61,143 nt of DNA from Thermoplasmatota archaeon. Lineage in GTDB: Archaea; Thermoplasmatota; Penumbrarchaeia; Penumbrarchaeales; Penumbrarchaeaceae. The position numbers and the translations under genes are program-made. The notes below the pieces were generated by a model that saw only the letters and a list, made by a program, of their open reading frames with translations, ran no database searches and had not been told where the DNA came from. Position 1 is the stretch's first letter. Every line of letters begins with the position of its first letter. The stretch covers positions 1-61,143 of the forward strand of contig JBLIRG010000003.1 of assembly GCA_049472195.1 (NCBI GenBank), in the 5' to 3' direction. Of the stretch, positions 29,840-40,115 are shown one piece after another.

Positions 29840-30643
29840 TCAATCCCCTTCCCCTTTTTTGTCCTTTGAAAATGACGATGCGATTTCGGTAAGCGATCGC
29901 GCCGCGGACATGAAATCCGATGGGATCATCAGGACCGTTGTGGAGTTCTTTTCCGCTCCGACCTCGGTTATCATCTGCATTCTCCTCAGTTCGAGTATGG
30001 ACGGTTCCTTTCTTATCAGATGACCCGCCTCTATGAGTTTCTTGGTGGCCTCGTACTCTCCGTTCGCCTTGATCAACCTGGCCTTCTTCTCCCTCTCGGC
30101 CTCTGCCACCTTTGCCATCGCTCTCTGCATCCCCGTGGGAAGGAGAACCTCTTTCGTCTCCACGGATTCCACCTTGATCCCCCAGGGATCGGATAATTTA
30201 TCGATCACGATCCTCAGCTTGTTGTTTATCTTATCCTTCTTGCTGAGTAGATCATCCAGCTCGAACTGGCCGATCATGGATCTCAGTGTTGTCTGGGCCG
30301 CTTGTGCGATGGCGATCTTGTATCTCTCCACATTCAGAACGGCCATCTTGGGATCGAATATGCGATAGTAAATGACGGCGTTGACGACGACCGGTACATT
30401 ATCGAGTGTGATGGCATCCTGTTTCGGAACGTCCACCGTTATGACCCTGAGATCCACCTTCATCATTGAATCCACCAGGGGAATGAGGTAGAAAAGACCC
30501 GGTTTCTGGACCCTTTTGAATTTTCCCAGCCTGAATATCACCGCTCTCTCGTACTCTTTCACGACCCTGAGGCCTATGATGATCAGAAAGAGGACCAGCG
30601 TCACGAAGATCGCTGCCGTTATTATAATGATCTCGATAACCAT
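29840..30643 (-). CDS. SPFH/stomatin (band 7) family protein
   Basis: EYERAVIFRLG, VDLRV, AQTTLRS, WGIKV, MQRAMAKVAEAEREK; start moved to ATG 30643 after GAGGAGG. Confidence 0.93.
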   Translation of the reverse strand: MVIEIIIITAAIFVTLVLFLIIIGLRVVKEYERAVIFRLGKFKRVQKPGLFYLIPLVDSMMKVDLRVITVDVPKQDAITLDNVPVVVNAVIYYRIFDPKMAVLNVERYKIAIAQAAQTTLRSMIGQFELDDLLSKKDKINNKLRIVIDKLSDPWGIKVESVETKEVLLPTGMQRAMAKVAEAEREKKARLIKANGEYEATKKLIEAGHLIRKEPSILELRRMQMITEVGAEKNSTTVLMIPSDFMSAARSLTEIASSFSKDKKGEGD

Positions 30644-30795
30644 ATTCCATTCCTCCTCGCACCGGGATTGACCGGGAATATTATCCCTGCCGATCCCGAT
30701 CGACAATGAATTACTCCGGATATAAGTGTGTGTGGAAGAATGAGCGGCCGGCATGAGCGGTTCATCGGATGATATCCAAAACTGATCGAAACCGT

Positions 30796-31179
30796 TCACG
30801 AGGGAACGAACTTGACGTATTCCAGCTCGTCCTTGCCCCTGAACTTGAGAATCATCTCCTTTACCTGGTCCCCATCCCCGTTTATGATGAAGACCTCGAG
30901 GCATTTCTCGTTCCTGAGATGGGAATGGATCTGCGTCGAGATGATATCCTGGTGATCGTGCCTTATCTGATCCAGGTTGGGGGATCTGTGAGATTCATGG
31001 ACGATTATGAGAACCCCTTCCACTTCTCCTACCAATCCCTCCCGCTCCCTGAGTTCGCTCTCGGCTGATCTCAGACAGGCCCTGACGACCTCGCTCCTTC
31101 CTTTCAGACCGAAAGCACTCTGAATTCTGTCGATATCCTCAATATTTCGATCCGTCAGGGAAATGCTTACAACCGGCAA
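30796..31179 (-). CDS. nikR: NikR-family ribbon-helix-helix metal-responsive regulator
   Basis: RHH VVSISL...GRSEVVR; metal site IRH...IHSH...KCLE matches the NikR His/His/His/Cys pattern. Confidence 0.8.
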   Translation of the reverse strand: MPVVSISLTDRNIEDIDRIQSAFGLKGRSEVVRACLRSAESELREREGLVGEVEGVLIIVHESHRSPNLDQIRHDHQDIISTQIHSHLRNEKCLEVFIINGDGDQVKEMILKFRGKDELEYVKFVPS

Positions 31180-31212
31180 TGAGACACCTCCTTTACATGA
31201 TAGGAACCCGGA

Positions 31213-31308
31213 TCTTATTAATATTCCTCATATTTTTACCACTTTTTTAATAAGAATGTCATTTTTATTGGGATATATTTATTAACTTTTTATGACATTG
31301 TTATTAAA
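31213..31308. promoter_or_regulatory. Divergent promoter with inverted repeats (candidate operator of the NikR-like protein)
   Basis: TTTAATAAGAATGTCAT (31246-31262) / ATGACATTGTTATTAAA (31292-31308), 16 of 17 complementary; also TCTTATTAA (31213-31221) / TTAATAAGA (31247-31255). Confidence 0.65.
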
Positions 31309-31320
31309 GTCGGTGTTTGC

Positions 31321-32244
31321 ATGGACAAGACAAGAACCGCCATCACGGGCGTTGTCGGTGCTGTTCTCATTCTCTCATCAATGGTCCTCTTATCGGGATG
31401 CATTGACATCCCGGACACCGGGAAGGTCCAAACGGTTATCACCATACTGCCTCAGAAGGAAGCCCTGGAAAGGATAGGGGGGGACCTTATCGAGATCACC
31501 GTGATGATACCAAAAGGGTCCAGCCCGCACAGTTACGATCCCCTTCCCAGCCAGCTGATCAGGGTATCAACGGCAGATGTCTATTTCAAGGTCGGATCCG
31601 GTGTCGAATTCGAGGAGAACCATCTGGGAACCATAAAGGAGCAGAACAGCGGCATGAGGATAGTGGACTGTTCCGAAGGCATCCGTATCAAATCCTTCTC
31701 GGAGCACGGAGAAGAAGAGCATATCGGAGAGGATGATAACGATCACGGGGGTACGGATCCCCACATATGGCTGTCCCCCGTCAATTACGGTATCATGGCC
31801 GTCAATATCCTGAACGGCCTGATCGAGGTTGACCCGGAAAACGAGGAAACCTACAGAAGCAATTTCAACGCATACAAGGACGAACTCGACTCGACCGTGG
31901 AGAACATGAGCGCCCATCTTTCCCCCTATGCAGGCAGGTATTTTCTGGCATATCATCCGAGCTGGGGCTACTTCGGGGACGATTTCGATCTTCATCAGAT
32001 TGCCATAGAGAATGAGGGCCAGCAGCCCGGACCTTCCGGAATCGCCTCGATTATCGAGCAGGCAGGGGACCACAACATCACGGTGGTATTCGTCTCGAAT
32101 CAGTACGACACCACAAGCGCCCGGATCATAGCGGATGAGATAGGAGGCGAGGTGGTAACGGTCGATCCCCTTCCGGAGAATTACATATCCTCCATTACCG
32201 ATCTGTCCGAAAAGATGGCGGCCGGATTTCAGAACGGCCGATGA
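31321..32244 (+). CDS. znuA: Metal ABC transporter substrate-binding lipoprotein (ZnuA/TroA family)
   Basis: Lipobox LLSGC, SPHSYDP, His/acidic loop, DPHIWLSP, YHPSWGYF. Confidence 0.88.
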   Translation: MDKTRTAITGVVGAVLILSSMVLLSGCIDIPDTGKVQTVITILPQKEALERIGGDLIEITVMIPKGSSPHSYDPLPSQLIRVSTADVYFKVGSGVEFEENHLGTIKEQNSGMRIVDCSEGIRIKSFSEHGEEEHIGEDDNDHGGTDPHIWLSPVNYGIMAVNILNGLIEVDPENEETYRSNFNAYKDELDSTVENMSAHLSPYAGRYFLAYHPSWGYFGDDFDLHQIAIENEGQQPGPSGIASIIEQAGDHNITVVFVSNQYDTTSARIIADEIGGEVVTVDPLPENYISSITDLSEKMAAGFQNGR

Positions 32245-32283
32245 TATGAAAGCCGGAACGAACACCTCAGGAGTTGAGCCGAT

Positions 32284-33057
32284 TTGGATGAAAAAGCCCT
32301 GGAGATAAGAGATCTCGATGCCGGATACGGTCCCGAGGCGGTTATCAGGGATATCGATCTCGATGTGATGCACGGTGATTTCTTCGGACTCATCGGCCCC
32401 AACGGCGGTGGAAAATCAACGCTTCTCAAGGTAATACTGGGACTTCTCAAACCGATGAAGGGAACCGTCAAGGTATACGGCTCCTCCCCTGAGTCCAGCA
32501 GAAAGTATCTCGGATACGTGCCCCAGTACGCCGAGTTCGACCGGGATTTTCCGATAACCGTCTGGAAGGTGGTCCTGATGGGGAGGCGCAGGAACAGGGG
32601 CCTGTTCCCCTGGTATACGTCGAAGGACCGGGAAGCAGCTGAAAAAGCACTGAAGGCTGTCGACATTTACGATCTAAGAAAGAAGCACATCAGCAGTCTT
32701 TCCGGCGGCCAGAAACAGAGGGCATTCATCGCCCGGGCACTGGTAACCGAGCCGAAGCTGCTTCTGCTTGACGAACCCACAGCAAGCGTCGACGCAAGGA
32801 TCCAGGAGAACATATACAGACTTCTGTCCGATCTGAACGAGAACATGACCATAATCCTCGTGACCCATGACGTCGGGATTATATCCTCCTACGTCGGATC
32901 CGTGGCCTGTCTGAACAAGCACATGTTCAAGAACGACGAACCGGTGATAACCAGGGAGATGCTGGAGGAGAGCTACCAGTGTCCGGTTGACCTGATAGCA
33001 CACGGAATCCCGCACCGAGTGCTTGCCCCCCATGACATGGGTGTCGAAAATCGATAG
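32284..33057 (+). CDS. znuC: Metal ABC transporter ATPase
   Basis: GPNGGGKST, GYVPQ, LSGGQKQR, C-terminal CPVDLIAHGIPHRVL. Confidence 0.88.
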   Translation: MDEKALEIRDLDAGYGPEAVIRDIDLDVMHGDFFGLIGPNGGGKSTLLKVILGLLKPMKGTVKVYGSSPESSRKYLGYVPQYAEFDRDFPITVWKVVLMGRRRNRGLFPWYTSKDREAAEKALKAVDIYDLRKKHISSLSGGQKQRAFIARALVTEPKLLLLDEPTASVDARIQENIYRLLSDLNENMTIILVTHDVGIISSYVGSVACLNKHMFKNDEPVITREMLEESYQCPVDLIAHGIPHRVLAPHDMGVENR

Positions 33058-33071
33058 CAGGAGAATGGAAA

Positions 33072-33938
33072 TTGAGCGGAATAGTCGAGATCCTCGGGAT
33101 GACCCTGATCCAGAGAATGATCATCGCAGGCATACTATCGAGCCTGGCCTGCGGGATCATCGGAACCATCATAGTCGTACGCAGATCGGTTTTCATCGCG
33201 GGGGGAATTTCCCATTCGACCTTCGGCGGGGTGGGATTTGCATATCTTCTCCAGACGTGGGGCGTCGGCTGGTTCGATCCTGTCCTGGGAGCCCTGTTGT
33301 TCGCCTTCGGAGCGTCGATAATCCTCAGCTCGGAATATATCAAATCCCGAATGAGGGAGGATTCAACGATAGGGGTTCTCTGGGTAATGGGAATGGCGCT
33401 GGGCGTTCTCTTCATGACCTTCGTGGATCGGACAAGGATAAGCGTTCTGTCGTACGAGTCCATACTCTTCGGCAATATAGTCTTCATCAGCAGACTGGAC
33501 CTTTATATAATGGGAGCGGTGGTCCTGCTGATCTATCTCTTCACGACCATATTCTACAACGACCTGGAGATACTGACCTTCGATGAGACATTTGCCCGGA
33601 TCTCGGGGATCAGGGTCAAGGTGATGAACCTGATACTTATGGTCCTTGTAGCCATGACGATAACACTGCTGATCAAGATAGTCGGGGTGGTCCTCATCAT
33701 AGCCATGCTGACCATCCCAGCGGCGACGGCAAACCTCTTCACGAAGAAGCTGAGCATGATGATGATCACTGCCACGGTCATCGGATCCGTTCTAACCCTT
33801 GCCGGAATAGGCCTATCCATTCTTCTGGACATTCCCTCCGGGACCACCATCGTCCTTTTCCAGGGAATCGCGTTCCTGTTAACACTGGCGGGAAAGTCAA
33901 TATATAATAGGTTCAGGATTCAAGTCGTAACAGATTAA
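33072..33938 (+). CDS. znuB: Metal ABC transporter permease
   Basis: GGISHSTFGG, LFGNI, KIVGVVLIIAMLTIPAATA. Confidence 0.88.
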   Translation: MSGIVEILGMTLIQRMIIAGILSSLACGIIGTIIVVRRSVFIAGGISHSTFGGVGFAYLLQTWGVGWFDPVLGALLFAFGASIILSSEYIKSRMREDSTIGVLWVMGMALGVLFMTFVDRTRISVLSYESILFGNIVFISRLDLYIMGAVVLLIYLFTTIFYNDLEILTFDETFARISGIRVKVMNLILMVLVAMTITLLIKIVGVVLIIAMLTIPAATANLFTKKLSMMMITATVIGSVLTLAGIGLSILLDIPSGTTIVLFQGIAFLLTLAGKSIYNRFRIQVVTD

Positions 33939-33966
33939 AACAGGACCAAACAGGGGGAGCAAGATA

Positions 33967-34254
33967 ATGATCAATATCGAACATGTCGAGGGAAGGGACA
34001 AAGGGCCCGTCATGCTCTATGCACTATCAACATGCGTCTGGTGCAAGAAGACCAAGAAGCTTCTGAACGACCTTGGGGTGAAGTACGATTATATCTTCGT
34101 GGATCTCCTCGAACCCGATGATAAGAAGGAGGTCGAGAAGAGGGTCGAGGAGTGGAATCCCAGGTGTTCTTTCCCGACTCTGGTGCTCAACAACCAGAGA
34201 TGCATCATCGGATACCAGGAAAAGGACATCAAGGAGGCCCTGGGGGATGCCTGA
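33967..34254 (+). CDS. Glutaredoxin-like protein
   Basis: [11 protein letters not shown] CxxC, SFPT cis-Pro motif. Confidence 0.9.
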   Translation: MINIEHVEGRDKGPVMLYALSTCVWCKKTKKLLNDLGVKYDYIFVDLLEPDDKKEVEKRVEEWNPRCSFPTLVLNNQRCIIGYQEKDIKEALGDA

Positions 34255-34630
34255 AGTTGAGATAACGGAACCTACAGCCGATGAAGTTCATCAGGCATAC
34301 ATGCGTCTGATGAAGTTCGCCGAAAAAACCGGAAATAATCTGAACCCGGATGAGGAGTTCACGAAGGAGCTCGTTTGGGGGCTTCTGATGAACCAGAGGC
34401 GTTACGGATACTGGGCCTGTCCCTGCAGATTATCCGACGGTATCAAGGAAGAGGATATGGATATCATCTGTCCGTGTGATTACCGGGATCCCGACGTCGA
34501 GGAATTCGGAGCCTGCTATTGCGCCCTCTACGTCGACGATGATATCAGGGAAGGTAGGAAGGAACCGAGCCCGATCCCCGAGAGAAGACCCTCAAAGGAA
34601 GAGAGGGACAGATCGAGGACAAAGAAGTGA
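34247..34630 (+). CDS. Ferredoxin:thioredoxin/glutaredoxin reductase catalytic subunit
   Basis: [21 protein letters not shown]; start moved to MPEVE at 34247. Confidence 0.9.
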   Translation: MPEVEITEPTADEVHQAYMRLMKFAEKTGNNLNPDEEFTKELVWGLLMNQRRYGYWACPCRLSDGIKEEDMDIICPCDYRDPDVEEFGACYCALYVDDDIREGRKEPSPIPERRPSKEERDRSRTKK

Positions 34631-34704
34631 GGCGTCCTCTCTCCGGCAGGTCGATTACGTCAAAATCTATGAAATAGACTTCGTTCCGCTTTATTCAAAA
34701 TTTT

Positions 34705-34738
34705 AAAAAAAAAGGGAGGCGGATCACACCGCCTCCCT
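34705..34738 (-). terminator. Hairpin plus U-tract terminator downstream of the 964-aa surface protein gene
   Basis: 10-bp stem AGGGAGGCGG/CCGCCTCCCT, 6-nt loop, A9 run (U tract on the minus strand). Confidence 0.75.
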
Positions 34739-34762
34739 GTTTGCCTTTTCGTTTAAAATCGA

Positions 34763-37657
34763 TCAGGCGTTTCTCTTTTTCCACCATTCGACGATGACCT
34801 CGTAGCCCCACTCGTCCCTGGTCACCTTCATGAAGACCACGTAGACAACGAGAACCACGGCGAGTGCGATGGCGAACCACCACCACTCGAAGATCGGTTC
34901 CGGATCTTCGACATCTATTGTGGTCGTGTATTCGTTGTTGTCCTCCAGGGTCTCCGGGACATCGTTATTCGTATCGAGGATCACCTTGATCTCCCTCTCG
35001 CCGGATCTCAGCTTGAAGGTGAAGTTGAACTCATGGGTCTCACCTGCACCGATGACGGCTGTGATTTTCTGTTCCTTCACTTTCCGATCCCTGTCGAAGA
35101 CCTGGATGGTCCAGTTGCTCTTGGCTTCGTAGAGGCCGTCGTTGGCAATGACCACCGACACATGGGTCTTCTCCCCGCCGTTCATGTGATTCTCATCGGG
35201 ATCCCTGAAGTTTACCGTCCTGACCTGGAGGTCCGGACCGCTGACGAAGAGCGTCTTCTCGGTCCAGTATACCTGACCGGCTTCGTCCTCGACCGTGAGG
35301 TTGATGATGTAATCCCCCGGGATATCGAACGTGTAGTTGACGACATCACCGCTCAGGGTTATGTTCTCGTCGTCATATACGAAGGTCCAGGTATAGGATA
35401 CGATGGCATCGTAGTCGTTGCCCGTTGTCCTCGGATCGTATGACTGGGTTCCGTTGAACTCCACCACATCGCCCTGTGTGACGTCAGGGAAGGGCTTGAT
35501 GACAGGCGCGGGCAGGGTCGTGTCCCTTACCATGATGGTCCTGTTTGCGAGTTTCCTCTCGTTACCAACCGCATCAACTACCTTGAGGGATATGTTGTAG
35601 CGGCCCGGATCAGCATACCTGTGGTCGACCACGTCGCCGTTCACGGTCCCGGAATCGTCCCCGAAGTTCCAGATGTAATCAACGATCTTCGAGTTGTCCG
35701 TGGAGTTGGTCGCATTGAACTCAAGCTCCATGTCCTCATCGATGTGATACATTCCCCCCTCCATCATGACGTATTCCTCTTCCTCGGTGTCCCAGAGGGT
35801 GTAGTTGTTCACCACGGGTGAGGCACCGTCCGGCATCAGATGGATCCAGTCGGCCTTGGAAAGCTCACCGGAAGAATCCTTTACCTTGAGGGTCACGTTG
35901 AAGAACTTGTTGCTGTTCTTGGTGAAGTTCAGGGTTATGATGTCGGCTTCCGTGTCCGCATCCCCCGTCAGGTTGCCGGCTTCCACGACATAGGTCGCGT
36001 CTCCGGGTATCGTCCAGATATATTCGACAATCTTGCCCACGGGATCGGAGGATTTCACCCCGGAAAGGGTGATGTTGGAGTTAATGTTCACGAAATACTC
36101 CTTGTCCTCTTCACTGTAGAAATCGTAGTAGTTGACGAATTCTATCTCAGCTATTGGGCTCTCCTCCTTCTTGGCAACGAATTCGAGGGGTTCCATGACG
36201 CGGATCTGGTTGGAGTTCCCGTCGTAGGGGAAAACAGCCGAATCGTCGAAATCTCCAAGGATCTCGTAGTTGTCCGGGAGGATGATCACTATCTCCTCGT
36301 TATCAAGGACGGAGAGGACCTCCACCCTCAGATCGTCGCCCTTCTCGAACTCGAAATCCTCGTGAGCGACATAGGAGTTGGACATGGTAACCACCGGATT
36401 GATCCCCTCGTCGGTGGAATTACCCTCGAGGCCGCTGACGGATACCGTATATGAATCCTCCTTGTATGAATAGGCGAAGTCATTGACCTTCAGGAAGTCG
36501 TCCGTGTCGATCCAGGCAGGGCCGAATTTTCCGAGCTCCTCCCTGATGGAATTGACCTCTCCTTCGTCAACCGTCTTCCAGTTGGATGTGTAGAACCCGC
36601 CCGCGATCTGCATCCTCGGATTCCCGAAGTCATTGACAGATCCGTAGAAGCGGGAGTTTGCGTCCATGGTCCATACAGTCTGTGCCATGGGGGCGCCTAT
36701 CTTCTCGACGGTTCCCATGTTTATCGTGGTCACCTTCGTCTCCTCATTTTCGATCTTCGTAATCTTGAAGGTCTGATTATCGGGCCTGAAGTAGGTCATC
36801 TCCGTATCGAGAACGATATCCTCGTGGAAGAACGCCTCGTAACCATCGGCTTCGATGAGGAGATTGAATTTTGAGGGATAGGCGGGTATGGATAACGCTC
36901 CGTCGTCCATTGCGCCAATGGGAACCATATGTTCGTTGTCAACGTCCCAGAGGTGGATCCTGAGATTGGGGACGAAGAGGTTCCCGCTCTTGACGAACCC
37001 GAGTATCCTGAAGGAATCCTCAAGGGTCGACGGTTCCTCGACCATGGATACGTTGATCATCTGGTTGTTGACATCGGCTCCGATCACGATCTCGTCCGCC
37101 GTGAGCATCCCTCTGGCGAAAACAACCATGTGCAGGGTTCCGACAGGGATCGAGAAATTCGCATATCCCATGGAGTCGGTCATCTTCATCAGATGAACGC
37201 CGTTATCCCCGAAGAAGTGTACCTTGGCATTCTTGACGGGCATGCCGTCCGCATCGTATGTCACGTTGACCTTGACCTTGGACTCCCGTCCGGCCTCGGT
37301 CAGAATGATGAGATGGGGTACATTATCGTTCTTCTCGGTCAGCATGTACACGACCTCCGGATCATGACCGATATAATTCTCAGCTGAGGCAAATATCTGG
37401 TAGGAACCAGGCATTACTTCTGCCTCGAACCAGCCCTCCTCGCTGTTCCAGAACAGATCAGAGCTGGCGCCGGTGTGAACGTTCTCGCAGTAGACCGCCG
37501 CTTCGTCTAATGTCTCCATTTTCTGGTTCTTCACTACTACCTTCAGTGTCGCCATGCCCTCTTCCGCGGATCCCAATGGCATTACCAGGGTCGCTGTCAG
37601 GGCCAATGAGAGCATCAACAGGATGCCCAACATCTTTCCGCTTGTCTTATTCGACAT
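34763..37657 (-). CDS. Surface glycoprotein with carboxypeptidase-regulatory-like, PKD and CARDB domains; S-layer candidate
   Basis: Signal peptide; PKD WNFGD...HRYADPGRYNISLKVVD; CARDB GPDLQV...DTNNDVPETLEDNN; many NxS/T sequons; Trp-flanked C-terminal TM. Confidence 0.8.
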   Translation of the reverse strand: MSNKTSGKMLGILLMLSLALTATLVMPLGSAEEGMATLKVVVKNQKMETLDEAAVYCENVHTGASSDLFWNSEEGWFEAEVMPGSYQIFASAENYIGHDPEVVYMLTEKNDNVPHLIILTEAGRESKVKVNVTYDADGMPVKNAKVHFFGDNGVHLMKMTDSMGYANFSIPVGTLHMVVFARGMLTADEIVIGADVNNQMINVSMVEEPSTLEDSFRILGFVKSGNLFVPNLRIHLWDVDNEHMVPIGAMDDGALSIPAYPSKFNLLIEADGYEAFFHEDIVLDTEMTYFRPDNQTFKITKIENEETKVTTINMGTVEKIGAPMAQTVWTMDANSRFYGSVNDFGNPRMQIAGGFYTSNWKTVDEGEVNSIREELGKFGPAWIDTDDFLKVNDFAYSYKEDSYTVSVSGLEGNSTDEGINPVVTMSNSYVAHEDFEFEKGDDLRVEVLSVLDNEEIVIILPDNYEILGDFDDSAVFPYDGNSNQIRVMEPLEFVAKKEESPIAEIEFVNYYDFYSEEDKEYFVNINSNITLSGVKSSDPVGKIVEYIWTIPGDATYVVEAGNLTGDADTEADIITLNFTKNSNKFFNVTLKVKDSSGELSKADWIHLMPDGASPVVNNYTLWDTEEEEYVMMEGGMYHIDEDMELEFNATNSTDNSKIVDYIWNFGDDSGTVNGDVVDHRYADPGRYNISLKVVDAVGNERKLANRTIMVRDTTLPAPVIKPFPDVTQGDVVEFNGTQSYDPRTTGNDYDAIVSYTWTFVYDDENITLSGDVVNYTFDIPGDYIINLTVEDEAGQVYWTEKTLFVSGPDLQVRTVNFRDPDENHMNGGEKTHVSVVIANDGLYEAKSNWTIQVFDRDRKVKEQKITAVIGAGETHEFNFTFKLRSGEREIKVILDTNNDVPETLEDNNEYTTTIDVEDPEPIFEWWWFAIALAVVLVVYVVFMKVTRDEWGYEVIVEWWKKRNA

Positions 37658-37825
37658 CAGAAGTTCCTCCGTATTTTACGTCCATTTATACCAAGCGCTA
37701 GCTGGGTTTCGTCCATCAATAGACTTTTCTTATTTATAGGTTAGTGCCCATCGGGCATTACCCAGGCTCACGACTATCCAACAAGTCCATAGTTCTGTTG
37801 GAGAAATCCCTTTAACCGCTTATAT

Positions 37826-37833
37826 TATATAAA
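37826..37833 (-). promoter_or_regulatory. TATA box for the 964-aa surface protein gene
   Basis: TTTATATA on the minus strand about 170 nt upstream of the ATG; GGAGG RBS near the start. Confidence 0.5.
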
Positions 37834-37979
37834 CTCAACCCTCATAGGTACTTTGTACATGATTTCGATTAGCTTTTCACCTTTCATTTGATCCCGGATT
37901 TTTCATCCGATTTGAATATGAAAAAGGCTGGAAAATCGAAGATGGCAATATCCCGTCTATCCGGAACAATATCTCCGGA

Positions 37980-39965
37980 TCAAGCTTTATGAGGTTTCTT
38001 TCCCGGCGTGAGAATGGTCTGCTGCTCAGTAAGGAGTTTCTTGAGCTTGTCAACAAGTGTCTCCTTTTTCATCGTGGAGACAAGCGCATGTGACAGGACC
38101 TCCTTGATATTGGACACCGGTATAACCTCAACCTTTCCCTCGAAACGATCCTCAAGAAGGACGTCCCTGAGGTTTGCCTTCGGTATGAGAACCTTGTGAA
38201 TCCCGGATTTGACGGCCGCCTCTATCTTGGCCGTGACGCCGCCCACGGGCAGTACCTCCCCCCTCACCGATATCGATCCGGTCATTGCTATGCTCTGTTC
38301 AACCGGGATTCCCTCGAGTGCGGATATGACCGCGGTGGCGATGGATACTGATGCGGAATCGCCGTCAACTCCGTCCGATCCGATGAATTGAATGTGGACA
38401 TCGTAATCGGAGATATCCTTTCCCGTTATCTTCTTGATAAGAGCGGAGACGTTCTGAACCGACTCTTTGGCGATCTCGCCGAGCCTTCCCGTTGCAATTA
38501 TCCTGCCCTCCTCCTTCGATGAGGCGGGGGTTACCTCGGCGGCTACCCTCGTTACTATCCCGGACATCTCGGAGAGGGACTGGTCACCCACCATGACTGC
38601 CAGACCGTTCACTATACCGACGGTCGATCCGGTTGACCTGATGTCGGAATATTCCTTCCGCTTCTTTATCATCTGATCGGCATACTGCTGCTCGAGGGAT
38701 CTGGAAAGCTTCTTACCCTTGATCACATCGGATCTCTTGACCAGGTTATGGTTCTTCTCCTTGGCGTAATCGCCGGCAGATCTCACCAGACCGCCGAGCT
38801 CCCTGAATCTCAGCGACAGTTCTCCCCTGACGCCGCTTCTCCTCTGGGCTTCCCTTATGACCTCGGCAATTGCCTCGGATTTGAAATGGGGGATCTTCCC
38901 GTCCTTATTCACTTCCTGAGCTACGAATCGAACGATCTTGAGCCTGTTCCTCGGGGTGTCCTTGAACGTATTCTGGACGTAGACCTCGTAGCCGTATCCC
39001 CTTATCCTTGAGCGGAGCGCAGGATGCATGCCTCCCACCCTGTCACCGTCAGGGGTTCTTCTTCCGTATACCGAATCGAGATTTCCGGCGGCAACCAGAA
39101 TGAAATCACACGGAACCGGCTCGGTCTTGACCATCGCTCCCGCCGATCTCTCGGACTGCCCGAAGATCGAGAATTTCTTCTCCTGCATGGCCGTCAGAAG
39201 CGCCTGCTGGGACTCCGGCCTGAGAAGGTTGATCTCATCGATGAAGAGAACTCCCTTGTGGGCCTTATGTATGGCTCCCACCTCGACCCTTTCATGCGGA
39301 GGGGTTTCAAGGCCTCCGGACTGAAACGGATCGTGTTTCACATCCCCCAGGAGGGCGCCCGAATGCGCACCGGTTGCATCCATGAACGGTGCTCTGGCCA
39401 CCTTTTCGGTTCCCACGAGTAGTTTGGGAACCATCTCGTCATCCTTCTTGGCGACGGATATGAACCTGAATAGCAGGAATACGCCCACGGATATCATCAG
39501 CCCGACGATGAGGATCATTATATCCTGGGCATAGATGAAATATGCAATGGTGATTGCGATTATCATCGCGATGATTATGAACTTGAAGGAGTTCTTCTTT
39601 TCCTTCTTCACCTGGGCCTGGGCCTTCTGTGTCTTGACGATATCCTTTCCCTTTCCCCCGGGAACAACCCTTATCCTCGGTTCGTTGGCATCCTCCTGAT
39701 TGGGATATACCAGTATATCCTCCATTTCCTCGGGGGGAAGATACTCCGTCATTGACCTGGCGATCATCGATTTTCCGGTTCCGGGATCCCCTATCAGCAG
39801 AAGGTGCCTTCTCTGTTCCGCCGCTTTCCTGGCGACCTCGACTGCCTCGTCCTGCCCTATGACCTGATCCATAAGTTTCTTGGGAACCCTCACATCCTTT
39901 GAGGATTTGATTCCTTTTCCAGCAAGCCACTTCTCGATCTCGTCCACGGATGGGATCTTTTTCAT
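37980..39965 (-). CDS. lonB: Archaeal membrane-bound Lon protease
   Basis: [10 protein letters not shown] hairpin inside the AAA+ domain, [20 protein letters not shown] and GGVTAK Ser-Lys dyad; start moved to MKKIPS. Confidence 0.96.
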   Translation of the reverse strand: MKKIPSVDEIEKWLAGKGIKSSKDVRVPKKLMDQVIGQDEAVEVARKAAEQRRHLLLIGDPGTGKSMIARSMTEYLPPEEMEDILVYPNQEDANEPRIRVVPGGKGKDIVKTQKAQAQVKKEKKNSFKFIIIAMIIAITIAYFIYAQDIMILIVGLMISVGVFLLFRFISVAKKDDEMVPKLLVGTEKVARAPFMDATGAHSGALLGDVKHDPFQSGGLETPPHERVEVGAIHKAHKGVLFIDEINLLRPESQQALLTAMQEKKFSIFGQSERSAGAMVKTEPVPCDFILVAAGNLDSVYGRRTPDGDRVGGMHPALRSRIRGYGYEVYVQNTFKDTPRNRLKIVRFVAQEVNKDGKIPHFKSEAIAEVIREAQRRSGVRGELSLRFRELGGLVRSAGDYAKEKNHNLVKRSDVIKGKKLSRSLEQQYADQMIKKRKEYSDIRSTGSTVGIVNGLAVMVGDQSLSEMSGIVTRVAAEVTPASSKEEGRIIATGRLGEIAKESVQNVSALIKKITGKDISDYDVHIQFIGSDGVDGDSASVSIATAVISALEGIPVEQSIAMTGSISVRGEVLPVGGVTAKIEAAVKSGIHKVLIPKANLRDVLLEDRFEGKVEVIPVSNIKEVLSHALVSTMKKETLVDKLKKLLTEQQTILTPGKKPHKA

Positions 39966-40115
39966 CTCTGCATCACCGGGTCCCTGGGCCCTTTGGTTTT
40001 TTCCAATATATGTCAGTAGAGTGAGAGTGTTAAAAAAGGTTTCCCTTACAGAAATCAAAATGATGTCTGAAAACCGTGGGAAAGATATATTCGGCGGAAT
40101 GGTAATATTGTACCG

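Noticed and set aside
37980-39965. Intein in LonB
   Set aside because: Normal length and continuous motifs, with no splice-junction or homing endonuclease signature
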